Part shown: positions 55,497 through 55,547 of the stretch, piece after piece
Numbering within the stretch: position 1 is the stretch's first letter
Layout of the letters: each line of letters opens with the position of its first letter
Assembly (NCBI GenBank): GCA_038325725.1
Contig: JBBQJG010000002.1
Span: 1 to 55,547 of the forward strand
DNA from: Polyangia bacterium
GTDB lineage: Bacteria; Myxococcota_A; Polyangia; Fen-1088
Length of the DNA stretch: 55,547 bases
Reading direction: 5' to 3'
Made by a program: the position numbers and the translations under genes
The notes under the pieces: generated by a model
Seen by the model: the letters and a program-made list of their open reading frames with translations, nothing else
Databases searched by the model: none
What the model was told of the DNA's origin: nothing

Positions 55497-55547
55497 GGCG
55501 GCATTGTACACCAGCGCGCGCCGCGACCCGACCCGCGAGATTCTGTT

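Overview
This is a very GC-rich, densely coding chromosomal segment; GC was judged by eye, not computed. The protein repertoire points to Myxococcota, probably Sorangiineae- or Nannocystineae-like. That repertoire includes PEGA-domain proteins, eukaryote-like Ser/Thr kinases, TPR and zincin proteins, Cys-rich lipoproteins, an AgmX/PglI-like tail, a PilZ protein and a sigma-54-type promoter.

I support about 49 protein-coding genes.
- Housekeeping blocks: pgk-tpiA-secG-dapF, yebC-ruvC-ruvA-ruvB, maf-yggS, aspS-glpD and pepN.
- An MFP-RND-TolC efflux operon whose RND gene has a broken reading frame.
- Many signalling genes: 2 apparently orphan histidine kinases, 2 Ser/Thr kinases, an FHA-GGDEF protein, a class III cyclase and a PilZ protein.
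- A five-gene unit that mixes sarcosine-oxidase/HcnBC-type flavoenzyme parts with an exported S41 protease.

I found no rRNA, tRNA, CRISPR array, transposase, integrase or recognisable phage or defence gene. Most long ORFs in the six-frame track that lie antisense to or overlap these genes are GC-driven shadow ORFs.

The most unusual features are:
1. A roughly 640-bp composite repeat and palindrome at 50481-51116, which fills the gap upstream of a tandem pseudokinase-kinase gene. It has six tandem and three inverted copies of a hairpin-bearing 37/38-bp unit around nested inverted repeats.
2. An AT-rich island at 21335-22034 with a near-consensus sigma-54 promoter, a strong Shine-Dalgarno sequence (SD), an unrecognised 72-codon ORF and a textbook terminator.
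3. The mosaic flavoenzyme/protease operon at 39963-45167.

All functional calls come from motif recognition by eye. No database search was run.
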